Assembly: GCA_903813345.2 (NCBI GenBank) | Contig: CAIIXF020000001.1 | Location: 7,192,001-7,256,000, forward strand | Source of the DNA: Owenia fusiformis | Lineage: Eukaryota | Length of the DNA stretch: 64,000 nt | Direction of reading: 5' to 3' | Shown here: piece after piece, positions 1 through 13,300 of the stretch | Numbering within the stretch: the first letter of the stretch is position 1 | How the letters are laid out: every line of letters starts with the position of its first letter | Translations under genes and position numbers: made by a program | Notes under the pieces: generated by a model | Seen by the model: the letters and a program-made list of their open reading frames with translations, nothing else | What the model was told of the DNA's origin: nothing | Databases searched by the model: none

Positions 1-1330
1 TATATCATTCATTCTGAAATCAATTTTATTCATCATTTAAATCATACTACAATGATTGTAATCAATTTTAGAAAAATTAATATTCATAACATGTTTTATC
101 ATTCTAGTACATGCATGTAGATAAGATAAGAGACAATGGGAAATGAATTATTATTATATCATATTGACTCTAAGCAGGTATCATCTGTCATTTAATTTGT
201 GTAATAATTACCAGCACATGTAGTTTATGTAATTATTAGGCCTAGCGAGTCAGTCCTATGTAACATACAGTCACACCCTAGTGCAGTCTGCTATAACGTC
301 ATATTCTCTATTAAATCGCAAAATCATGATATCATAATGTCTGGTATGCATTTTTGATTATGAAGATGACTAGTACTTTGGTAATCAGAGGTGGCTAGTT
401 GGCATCACGATTTTTGTTGAAACTAGTAAATGCGTCATGCAGTTTTATTTCTACGGTTGTTATTTTCTGAATCACTGTCTTTGTAGATTCAACTATACAT
501 GAACTTCAAGAGATACACATGTTTAAATAGATTTGTAATTACCAATACTTTACAGTATACGCATGATTATATATTGAACGATTTGAAATGAATACGCCTT
601 TTGAGTTTTAGATCATAGCATAAAGAGGCTTATCAAGTTCTTTTGCATTCAGACGTAACATCAGGTAGAAAGTGAATTTTTTAGTTTTAATTTGATTGAA
701 GTATGTAATTAAACACTGCCATTTATTGTGTGTGTAAAATTGGTTCATTGCTTTCAGAGGCCAGATGGCTTTTTTAGGATTGAACAATGCTATTGATATG
801 GTAGGATGGTTGGCGGTCCACTGAACAGGCAGATGTGCTTTGTGATCACGGGGACTTTAATTGAATTAATCAGACCATTGTTTCTTCAACATTTCACACC
901 TGGGTCCTATCTCATAGGCCTTAATGATGCTGGCTCTTATGAAAGGTTAATGTTATCAAGCTGCCTCAGCCCCATGGCCCACTGGAGTTGCCACACTTAA
1001 ATCTAATAAGAACCAGTACTCAAAGAGAAGGTGGATAAATGTCAATAGAGATCAGTGAGGGTACATGCAATTACAAATTCATTACAATCGCTCAGTTTAT
1101 TAATGTCTGGCTTTCTGTTCCATTTGCAGTTGACTGAAGTCCATCCAACTAGAAACACTCTGCACACGTGAGCAATAGACGCAGACAGAGAGTCCACCGC
1201 AACAATATATATCGCGCTACAGTGATAAATGATAGCCCGGGGAGGAAGGCAACATTTGACAAACTCTCATCTCAACATTTGTCATTAGACACATCATTGT
1301 GACACTAAACCTTAATGTGCTCCGGTGGCG

Positions 1331-4300
1331 ATGGCTGATACTCAGATAAAGACAGAGGCTTCATTGGAGGTGATCAACTTGACCAAGAACAATAGTGGCA
1401 TGGATTTAAGCAAGACATCGAATATCACATCTAAGTCCTTAAGTCCATCACATATACAAATGCTTCAACAGCAAGCAAATCCGACAATTTTGTCAATCCC
1501 TGCGCCATTCCAGCAGGCAGCCTACCAGTATACATTCCTCAATCAGGGGGGACTAGCGGGAGTTATGACCCCTGTGAACCTTAATACTACTGCCAAGAAG
1601 GGGAGCGAGGCCCCACAGGTCTTGGACCTCTCGAAGGGGTCCTCAAGTAATCAGAGTTCTGACAGTGAGATTCCATATGATGCAAGGTCCAGATCAAAGC
1701 TGAAAGGACTGGACCCTACCTTTTTAGATAATCAGGCCATGACGCAAGATCTCCTTAATTCTCTTACCCCAGAGGATGCCGAAAATTTGAAGAAACCCCG
1801 TCATGCTGGTAAGTAGAGCTAGTTTAACAAACTAATTAAAATTTTTGAATTTAGAATTTTAGAATAAATTCAGAAATATATTATAATACTTTTTCCTTAT
1901 AGATTACAAATTTAATTACGGTCTTTGTTGAACTCAGTTTGTAAATTTAAATTGAACGCCAGACAGCTATAATATTTCAGGTACAACCCAAAATGTATTT
2001 GATGTAAAATGAATTGAATCAGTTTACAGTTTTCTAAAGCTGACTGAATTTATTGAAAGCATCTTTTTAGCCTAAGCAACTAACTGTCTCGATTCAATAA
2101 GTTTGGGTAATTGCAAAAAAACTATATAGACGCCTTGATTCCCATGAATTGAGAACCGTGATGCAGTTTATACTTATGTGCTCTCAATAAAGTGATAGAA
2201 CTGCATGCGGGTTCCACCTGGCTTAACACAGGGGAAGTTCAGGATTCCAGTGAAAGGGAAATCGAATGTAAAAGTAAAAACTTTTTTTTCTTTTTATGTC
2301 CCAGCTCTAGGATACCAAGAGTGAAAGTTATTATAGTTTCCCTGGAAAACACTCTTTTTTCATTTTATATATTAGTACATACAGTATATACATTCAGGGT
2401 ATAAATCAATATTTGCATTTTCATAGGGGCATCAAAACAATTATATAAAATTCATTGGAGGGGTTTTATATTCATTCCTAATTAAGATTAACAAACTTAT
2501 TAAAATCATTTTTTACATACATGTTCACCTAAATTCTTCATTCTAGGTAGGTTCCAATGTCAAACAAGTGTCCTTAAATGTATCATTTTGGGTTAACTTT
2601 TATTGAAGAAGACAAGAGAGAGATTTTATGATGAGTTTAAATGATCAGATGTTGAATCTTAGTCAGTGATCATTGGTTGATTCAATGAGCCTGAGCATAA
2701 ACCACTACTGAAATTTCAGTTTATTCTCCAAATAATTGGATTTGGTTCACTGACTAGAATACCTTCTGGCTTGGTTTTATTACCTTCCCCATCATTAATA
2801 TGAATTGAGGAATAAAGCGGGAAAGTGTGTGCATCTTCACGGTATGATTTCACTATTGAAATCACTTTATTAACCCAGTTCAATTTCAGCGTTAGTAGTA
2901 GACCTTGTTTCCCCTTCAATTAGCTCTTCAAATTGACATTATTAAAACTTGTTATAAATAAATGTGTTATGAATATGGAGTTTAGTGATATAAACAAATC
3001 ATTCATTGTCTGTTAACCGTGACTACCATTGCAACACATTTCTATGGTTGTCAACACCAGGTATATTAATAGGATCCAATTTCATTTATGTCTCGTAGCT
3101 TGCAATTCAAGTTGAGTTCTAATAGTCCCAAAGGCTGTCAAGAGAGATACTGCATCTCCATACCATAGTTATCAGAACATGCAATATCAAACATTTAATA
3201 TTGCCCCATGGTCTCTTGACTGTTTTGTGCTCTGGGGCTGCTTAGAATTTTAGAATCCTACGTAATGGTTCAATGAATTGATGTTCTTGTAATAGTGAAT
3301 GGTAGAACATGTTTATGTAAAAGTTGTTGGAAGTCATATTCCATGGATTGTCTTCTAAGTCACTGAACCAAACATTGTGGGTTGCAAAGACTCTGCTATT
3401 CCTGAACTAGATTAGACAAGGCACTCTGAACCAGAGATAAATACATGTAGAGTCTGAACCATGGATTACCTTTTAAAGTCACCAAACCAATGATTTGTCT
3501 TTATGTTTATAAATTATGATCTTACATTAGCTCATTAGCTTAAAATAATTAATAATTAGGACTTGATAAATCACTAGTTCTCATGTGATTTAGGTTTATC
3601 TGGGTTATGATGGGCATATTATATATTTTAAATGTATATTATAAATTTTCCCACAGGTATAACATATGAAATGTGAAATAGTGTTCCGCTAAATGAATTC
3701 ATGATTTGGTGCCAGTTTACTATGAACTGAATTTGAGTAATTATGGAACCTATGAATTTAAAGTAGAAAAAAATCAGATTCCTCTTCAAATTTATCATGT
3801 GTGAATATCTAACATACTAGGCCATGTAGTATGCTTTTACATGTCACAAAATATTTTTTATAATGATGATTTAATAAATATACCACTTTTTATGAACTAA
3901 CTTGTGAAAGTCATTCGTTCTTTTCTTAATTAGTAGTGTCAGCAGCCTACCTGTATTCTGAGGCGGGCATTGAATAATTTTCAACTCGTGTGTCATTTGT
4001 TGGAATTTGTAAAGAAGAAAGCAAATTGGTTAAATGAGATGTTTTTCTATATAAAGCTGTCAATGACCATAGCACTTTATATTGTTAAACAAAACATCTG
4101 GTCTTTAAACCGACAATGGTATATTACAGCTACTAATTGTACCATGTATTGATAAACGAACTCATATATTTCCTATGAATCTAATATTTCTGAATGCTAA
4201 ACCCAATTGGAATTAGTGTTAGAGGATCTATGGGATTGAGGCAGTTAGAAATCAATGAGGTGCAACCACAGATGGTTGAGTTGAATGTTAGGACAGAATA

Positions 4301-7300
4301 ATCATTGCTTACTGTTCCTAGGTTAATGATTGCATGATTGATATTTATTGTGCATGTATCTCTAATGTAGATAATGTTATAACTATAGATTTGGCTGGTT
4401 ATGACTTTCACCATGGGCTTCCAATAGAGTATATCGAATGCCCATGCTTTCACTCAGTTTACATTATCCTTAGTCTTGCTTCAAGTCTATCACCCCCCCC
4501 CCCATCTACTTCACAGTCATAGGTGAGGTATACAGGATATGGGTTGACAAGGTCTTGGAGCAAGACTACATCACTTTGGATTTCCAAGGTATGAAGCTGT
4601 CATATTTGAAAATTAAACTGTTACGCTAATGTTATTTAATCCTGGTAAAAACTTCAAATCAATGTGAATAAAAAATTGATCAGTTTTATGGATTAATATT
4701 GTTTTTATAATAGATGGACTAATTGCATGGTCATATACCATGTTGGAATCACATCTAACATATGAACCAGGGAGTTTTAATGACAACAGTTTAGTGAATA
4801 ATTTACCCCACATGCCACATATAATTGAACGACTGCGATTGTTTTTCTGCAATCTGCTGTTTAATTATATATGAATGTAATTGTCATGCATGGTGGTGTA
4901 TATCTGACCACGTTCAGCTGCACATTCTCCTCTCCCTAGGCTGCTTCATATCACTTAGTAATAATATTTCACCTTCTTATCATATAGTGTAAAGTTCACA
5001 TGTGTCATTTGTGATCTTGCCTGTAAATGACATAACTCATTTTCTCATTCAGAAGAAATTATTTAATAGCTTAGAAATTGTTGATATTTTATCTGAAAAA
5101 ATCGGTAATATTTTAGCTGGATTGTTAAATATATGGTGGGGTCTGCAAGGGCAGAAAGGTCTGCAGGAACTTATTATATCGCTCTACTGGTCTCGCTTCA
5201 TGCAAAGTTACTTTCAATCTCAGTGGGTATTTGGGTATTAGCCAGTTGCCATGGTAACTAACACGGTTAATCATCCACAGTTTCTGCACCGGTGGTGCTC
5301 GTATTATGAGGCAATTGCTAGATCCTTTATTCCTCATGCAATACATCCAACATTAATCTCACCGCCATTTACTTTGCGCTCTATTGAGCATTTCTATGAC
5401 GAGCCCAGAGGGTTTGTAAATATTTCTAAAAACAGGAAGATCAAATGGGCTATTATGGAAATAATCAGCAAAATGGATGGAGTGGTAATTATAAACAAGG
5501 CAGCTGGTTATGCCTGATAGTCCCGATCCACTCCACGATTCATGCCACGCAGTGAGATGAAAACAGTTTACGCCTACTGCACACATAACACAGCGAGGTT
5601 GCCACGGTGAATATCTGAGCCATTGAATCATGTAAACCTGTTTTATGAATAGTCATACTTCAGGTTTTATTCAAGTTTTTTGCAAATGTGTTATTTGCAT
5701 GGTTGTCACTCTATTTTGTGTTTAAGGTCATTTCTTTTCATTCCAATGCTTTCATAATCACAAGACCGTGTATTGGATGATCAAAAGATACAGGTTTTTG
5801 AAACTATTTTGGAAACGGGACCAACTGTTTTCCCCCAAAACCTCAGGGTTTCAAATGCTGATGGGAAGGATTCTTGCAGATTGTTTCCAAAAAATTGTCA
5901 AAGGAACACAAAAAAACAGTAAAAAATATGCATGCATTTAAGTTGAATTACATGATTTTATTCCAAAATAAATTTTCAAAGATTTGACAATTTGATTTTT
6001 GAAAGGGGTTGTGCAAATATAGATTCCTCTTAAATGTTCGCAAGGTTGTATTTCACACTTGGACGGAACAGCAATTATCCCTGTCAGACTCTCATACTTT
6101 ACGACGCCTTTCATGGTTGTTGAATACATTTTAGAAAGGATGTAATTTTTTGCAATATTTCACTGTTGTTCAGGTTGACGGCGTTTACACAAAGGAGTTG
6201 ACGTGATATCGTCTTTGTTCACGGAATCTGTAGCACCCACATAAAACCACACTGGTGTGGCGAAGTGAAAAGCCTTTCATTCCAATTCATGGGGCTTGGT
6301 TTTGCAACGTGATCGAACTACAGATTATGATTATTAACATTTCTCCCAAAATATTGTACAAATATATAGGTTCATTTTGGTTCATTAATCTTCAAAGTGA
6401 CATGTCTGAAGTCATCCAAGTGTGCAACCTTGTATTATTAAGGTTTTCCTGCAATTTTTTATGAAAATGTCTTACGGTGATAATAATTATCTTAAAAAGG
6501 GCAGAGCCATGATTCTGATCCTAACTACCCCAATTTTTATACAGATCTTTAACTTTCTCCATCATAATCAAAATAGACTTTGATATCAGCCAGTTCTTTA
6601 GAATATCTAAAATGAAAGCCAATCCAAAATGAGTTAACATTTGCTTATGTGGTGAAGATCTGAGGATCATATATAGGTAATTTGGCTTTTTCATACTTAT
6701 AGTACAGTATATTCATCAGGTTCAAATGATTTATGAGACTACTTGTCAAGTTCAAAAGACATGGATGATGCTTTCTTGAGAGCAGTTTTTAGATTCAACC
6801 ATACGTTTACAACATTCATTGCTTTATTCTTAATTGCGATGAAGATAATGTTTTAGAAAATACAGAGGAAAAGTTAGAGATGATGAATGTTATAAATATG
6901 ACATTATCTGTTTAATCAGATTAACATTTTTATCCTGTCATTGTACTTGTTAAGCTCTTTGACCAGCTTCTTCTTTTTCTGACTTTTACAAGAGGAAAGA
7001 CAATGGCTGTGGGTATCATTATTGTGTCTCTTTTGTCAGATGTGTTTAAAAGGACAATGCAACAATCAGATTGGTCTATTCCCATTCATGTTTGAATTGT
7101 AGTTAAAATAAACTTTTGAAAAGTGATGAGTGTTTACCTCATTGAATTTTTTGATTTATATTCAAACAAAAGAACGGTGGTCGATCTGATACCAAAGTTT
7201 TTTTATTAAACTTCTCTCGTTTTTTATCACTTCGATAATTGGCCAATTATAACCCAAAGACAATTGAAACAAAACTATTAACAAGCATGTTGTTCATGTT

Positions 7301-10300
7301 TAGTAATCAATGCATTGAGTACTGTCATTTGATCACATTTAATCAGCTATCAAATTGCAGACAATGTAATGATTAATATAAATCAAAGAAGAATTTTTAT
7401 GATGACAATTCTCATATTTGCTGAGCCATTTTTTGTATAATATGCCATGATGAATTATGTCTTCATCTCCAATATAGTTGAGTATTTCTTTGAATTTTTA
7501 AGGTAATTAATTTCCTTAAGGATAACATTAACCTTTTTCATTGACCTTAGAATTTAAGTTTCCCGAGATACAGTGTACCTTTATCATTATTATCATTATT
7601 ATAAGGTCACCTGGGTAATAAAGAGCAAGTTTACTTTCAATCTGAGGTGAATTTAGAAATAAATAAATACATTTACCCAATCGTAGAAACTGTATAATCA
7701 TGATAATTTATGGTTGATGAACAGGAATGACCCTCATCTGAACTTAAATTTGCTCAGTCACTTACTCTGATACCAAAATAGTCCTTATTAAAAAGTCTCA
7801 TAACTGCTTTATAACTTGCACTATCAATAGACTTTGCTTCAAATTTTCAGTATTCTTTGCAAATTGCAAGCTACTTAGATTTTAAAAATGGGGCATCATA
7901 GGGGTAATAAGGAACTATGTCGAGAACTATGTGAGATGAAGCTTTTCAAATCATAGCTTGAGAAGTTTGAGATTTTAAGTAATAATGTACTTAAGAAATG
8001 CATATTTTAATTAAGACTCACCAATGAAAAGTAAAATGTGAAAATGAGATATTTTAATATTTAATTGGATGTTTTTGGCAGGTTTGATACCAATTGTTCT
8101 CATCCCTTACAAAAGTTAAAAAAATTATTTATTCACATTCCTTGCAAAATGTACCAGAAAATATTTCTATTCTTAATACCCTGCAGAAAACAAAACTATG
8201 TAGCCTCTTTAACAAGTATATCATATTTTAAAATGAGCATAACAATCATTAATAATATTTTAATCCCAAAACACAAACATTCCATCATTAACTGTGAACA
8301 TTGTATCAAACAGATCATTCACTTAGAGAAAACATGTACGCTATGCTGCACTGTACTGTACTACACTGTACTGTACTGTGCTGTACTGTACTGTACTGTA
8401 CTGTACTGTACTGTACTGTACTATACTGTACTTTGGGTACAAAGGGCCTGGATGCAATACTCTCACTTCACTGCTTACAAGGAAGAAATCACATGGTTGA
8501 TTGGAAAATAATATTTACACCATAGATTAAGTCTTAAGTTACGAATGAAACATTTTCTTTATTAACAGTGTGTACCCACTCATTTATTGACTCAAAGCAT
8601 TTTGTATTGAATTAGTCTTAAGTCCCTGTTTTCACTTGAATGGTTCTTCATGGAACCGAAATGTCAAGCAAAGAGATTGTACGCAACAATGATCCTGTAA
8701 CGTTTCAAAGAATGATATTGGTTTTGTAATTTTGTTTTATTAACCAACCTAGTGGAGCATACTTTATGGTTGGCTGATTGAACCATTCCATTGAATCCAT
8801 TAATGTAATTAACATAATTTATTCACAGTTTATATGCTTTATTGATTATAACATTATTCAGTCCTAGCTTGGTTAATTTCTATAGTTAGCTTTCTGCATG
8901 ATTGGTTAGTATCTCAGAAACACCTGGTCTCCAGTCATTGTGTACAACACATGCTTAGAAAATGATTGGCAATCCAATATCAGTGTAGTGTATGCATAGG
9001 GCCACAATTATACAGGGTACAGTGTACACAGTGTAGCCTAGTCATACACAGCGAGCTCAGCCACTCAGCTTTAACTATATACCATAAAGAGGCTGACTCA
9101 TATTGGGAATCACTAGAGCCACATATACACACACACACTTAGGATATATAACATCATTTCTATGGTTCTGCTTCGTTGAGGTACCTTTATGACAATGGCA
9201 GTGAATCAGACATTAGGTTCAGAAAGAAGCGTATTTGTAATACAGTTAGCACCTCAGAAAACAGTTAATATCAACACTGGAGAGAAAAGTAAAACACAGA
9301 TTAAAATTGAGCCACATTTCAGGCCAATAGCACCTAAGGATCCAAATACTATAAACGAGGATGATGGAGATGATCCTCCTTTATTAGGAAGTAAGTATAT
9401 GATTAATACAAGTCCAGGTGATCATATGTTACAAAGTTGTGTAAGATATTGTAAGGTTAGCATGGTTAAAAGTGCAGTTTTAGCGATCTTTTCTGAGCTG
9501 ACTTCATCACATTTTGTATATCAGACTGACCTACATTACATGGAGATACTGCAGTGTTAAACTCAAGGGTTGTTAGTAATACATTAACAAGTGATGTTTG
9601 TATTGAATTTAAAGCCTTGAAAGCCAATTCGTTGCTATATTTAACATACTGAATTGGTGAATGATTAATTCATATACTTTAATAATGTTAGCTCTAGCTT
9701 TGCTTGTTTATATAGGGAAGTGTGTTCATGGTTTATCAAGTCAACCATGTGTCATAGTCAAAAGTCCACTTGATTTAGTACTTGGAAGGAAATAAGCTTG
9801 TTGTCTAAGAAGTCTACATAGTCTACTGGTCTCTGCTATATATCACCATGTGCCTATTTCACTAATCTGATTCTGTTAAGCTGTCTGTTATTAGTGTTAA
9901 TAAAGAGATTAAAATTCAATTCATTAACTACATTTTGAAATATGAGATTGCTGAAACATGTAATAGCTGCCTGTTCTAAGCCGCCTGTTTTGTTAACTCT
10001 AATTCCAGTGTATAACTAACTGTTTAATATGAGACAGTGTTAACATGTAAGGATGGACTTCCTCATTTAAGTAGAAGGTGCAATATTATCTTTATTTTCT
10101 GTGAAATGTTTATTGTTAATGAATTATATTGCCATCTATATTCAAGATATAGCAATCATCCATGAATTTTTCATGATGAATTGGGAATATCTAAACAATT
10201 ATATTAGAAATTCTCCATTTTGCATGGGCTTTCGAGTCTGTTGATTTTTGGAAACAGTAGAAAATAAAGTCAGGATTTAGCTCATTGATTGAAATTATAT

Positions 10301-13300
10301 TTTAAGTAAAATTATATAATGCCAGCTTTGTCACATAATTATCTCCAAAATGTATAAGAGTGTGATATTTCAATTCGCATATGGGTTTATCAGTTATGCC
10401 TTGGTCACAATTGCTCCGATTTTCACTACAGCGCCTGGCCGATTGAGTAATTAGTTGTTCAAAATTGAATACAATATTGAACAAAACACTCTATCGGCAG
10501 GGTGCCGGCCGTTGGATCGGAGCAAATGTGACCCAGGTATTACTAGTAAATATCATTAATTTGCATTGTGATATCAGATCTTTTATTGTACTAATAATGG
10601 CATAAACATCAGATCGTGCATCATAGGGCTTGGCTTACCACAAATATGTTAAGGTAAAAGAAAAACAGGATGCAATGATGCATGAATATATTGACTTTTG
10701 CTTCTTGGAACCACCTCTGTGTTATATCATATTGATTTATTGCTAACAATGTATAAGTATTCACTGTGACTCTGTAATGTGTTGAGCATTACCAATTGAT
10801 TTTGTCTTGGATGTGCACTCATATAGAACTGATATATTAGTAGCCATTATTAACTGACTTATATAAATAGAATAACTGTCACGGCAACATAATCAATTAA
10901 ATGATGCTTGGTAATATTCATGAAATGTCAGCGCCAGTGACATTTATTTGTTATTGTGATGTCATGCCTAAATGGATCATATCTAGATTCTGTCTACACT
11001 GAAAGTTGAATTACGGTGACAGTTTTTGGAAATCAAATTTTTGGTTTAATTGATTTAAAATATTAATAGCCATTTATCGATATTAAGGCTATCAAAGGTT
11101 ATAAGAGTGCAATTAAAGTATTGGGTGAAGCATTTTCTTTTAAGTTAAAGCCTGGGTTAAACATATTTGATATCTAAAAGGGCTTATGAGTCAATCATTA
11201 CATTGAGCATCAATCCACTGTTTGTTTCCCGTTGCATTCTCTGTCAAACTTGTATTGGGGAAAGAATGCCTGAGACAAGGGTATAGGCTGTTGGGGAACA
11301 CTTTATGCGAGTTACATCCAAACATTCCATTATATAGCCCAACAATCTATTAGCTCTAACCCTGCCTTATTGTGTTTCCAGGTGGGAAAAATGTCAACCA
11401 GTATGGCCGACTTTTCACCAATGGACGCCCTCTGCCAGAACATTTACGTGTGGAGATTCTGCAGTTGGCCCTTCAGGGAATCCGCCCTTGTGAAATAAGC
11501 CGCCAGTTGCAGGTCTCTCATGGCTGTGTCAGCAAAATATTGAACAGGTATGAAAATCAATGGGTTAAGAACATCCAGTATTTTATTATATACATGTACA
11601 TATATGTATGATCATCATAGCTCATATATGAACATATACTTTGAGTATTAGAGCTTTAAAGCATACTCCGATGAATGGTTCTTTAACAGATTTATTACTG
11701 CAGTCATTTTGACAAAAGGAAGTACATATTTACTTCTTTCAGGCTATTCCATGAAAGAAAATTCAAAACCCTATGGATGTTTTTAGTGCTAATGCGCGTT
11801 AATTGAAAACAGGTTACTGTCTTGGTGTAATAATGAAATAAACATTTTATTGTTTTGATGTGTTAATTATAAAGTTATTGTCTGACTTTGTTATTCTCTT
11901 GATATTCTTGGACCCCACCCTGTCGTTATTGTTCACTTTATGTGTTTATCAGGTATCGGCGTACAGGTAGCATTAACCCTGGTCAGATAGGAGGTAGCAA
12001 ACCAAAGGTCACCACCCCTGATGTTGTGGCAAGAGTCAATCAATACAAACTGGCTAACCCCCAAATGTTCGCCTGGGAGATTCGGCAGAAGTAAGTCTCC
12101 CTCAGTCTGTACATCTTTATCTTCTTTATAAAAGTTTTGAAGCTCATATTGAAGCGAAATATTTCCAGCAGTTTTGTTAAAGGCCCTGTCTGAAGTTGTT
12201 TTTTTAAACACTATTGCTCAGCTTTGACATAAATATTTTTATTTATATGTAATGTTTATTTACATATCCTATCACTGCTCCATATTTTGTTAGCAGTAGA
12301 AGAGACTCATGAATCCTTTATTCAAATTGATAATAACGGCCAAACTTCGCCCCTCAAAAGTGGTGAAACCCTAATACCTATAAGTAATCTTGAGAGTGAT
12401 TTGTCTCTTCAGGTGCTTTATAAAATCTGACTCAAAGGCAAACACATCTATTTTGATGTATATGTTGAACTAGACTGATGTGAAATTATTTATTTCTTTG
12501 AGAAACATTAGACAAAACCTTTAAGAATTATTCAATGTGCAAAAGGAAGTTAATAATTTGATGACTGGATATGTGATAATGATACAGGTGCGTATATAGG
12601 GATCTGAGGCACCTACATATGTATACCCAATGACATCATTGGTGTTGTTCTCCACGACATTGCATAAAATAATGTTCAACCACCTTTTCATGTTTTCGTT
12701 GTTGTTAGCTCACATGGTGAGCTTTTGCAATCACTCACTTGTTTTTATATGTAATGTTATTTGTGCAAAGAACTAATCCACTTAAAGTGGCAGCAAAGAA
12801 TAGAGGGAGTAGAATTTTTTCTAAAAGCGTGGCAATGCTACCTTTACAATCTTAATTATGTTATTATCTGGAGAAAAGAAATGAGATACCTGATCAAAAT
12901 TGAAGATTAGGCAAATATATGGAAAAGGAGGCTAATTACAAATAACCCAAAATATCAAGAAATAAAGTCTAAACTGCTAGCCTGTTTAGAGACAATGTGA
13001 TAATTCTCCAGCTCCTCTCTAGTCTTTGTTACCCCTTTAAGTGCTCTGGTTCACAGGGCTGGTAAAGTCTCTTAAATAGAGATAACCCAGTTCTGTACAT
13101 GGCCCAATAGTTTGATTTTGCCGTGTTTGTTATGTGTCTTGCATTGGAGTGAATATTTTTGTTGATGTGAATTTAATGGCTTGATTTAATGTTTTGTGCT
13201 TTATTCTTAACCCTAGGCTTGTAGAGGATGGCTTTTGCATGGTAGATAACATCCCCAGCATAAGCAGCATCAACCGCATCCTCCGAGGTCCTTTACGATC

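Noticed and set aside
8065-8525. ORFs with TVLYC repeats
   Set aside because: Translation of an (ACTGT)n microsatellite.
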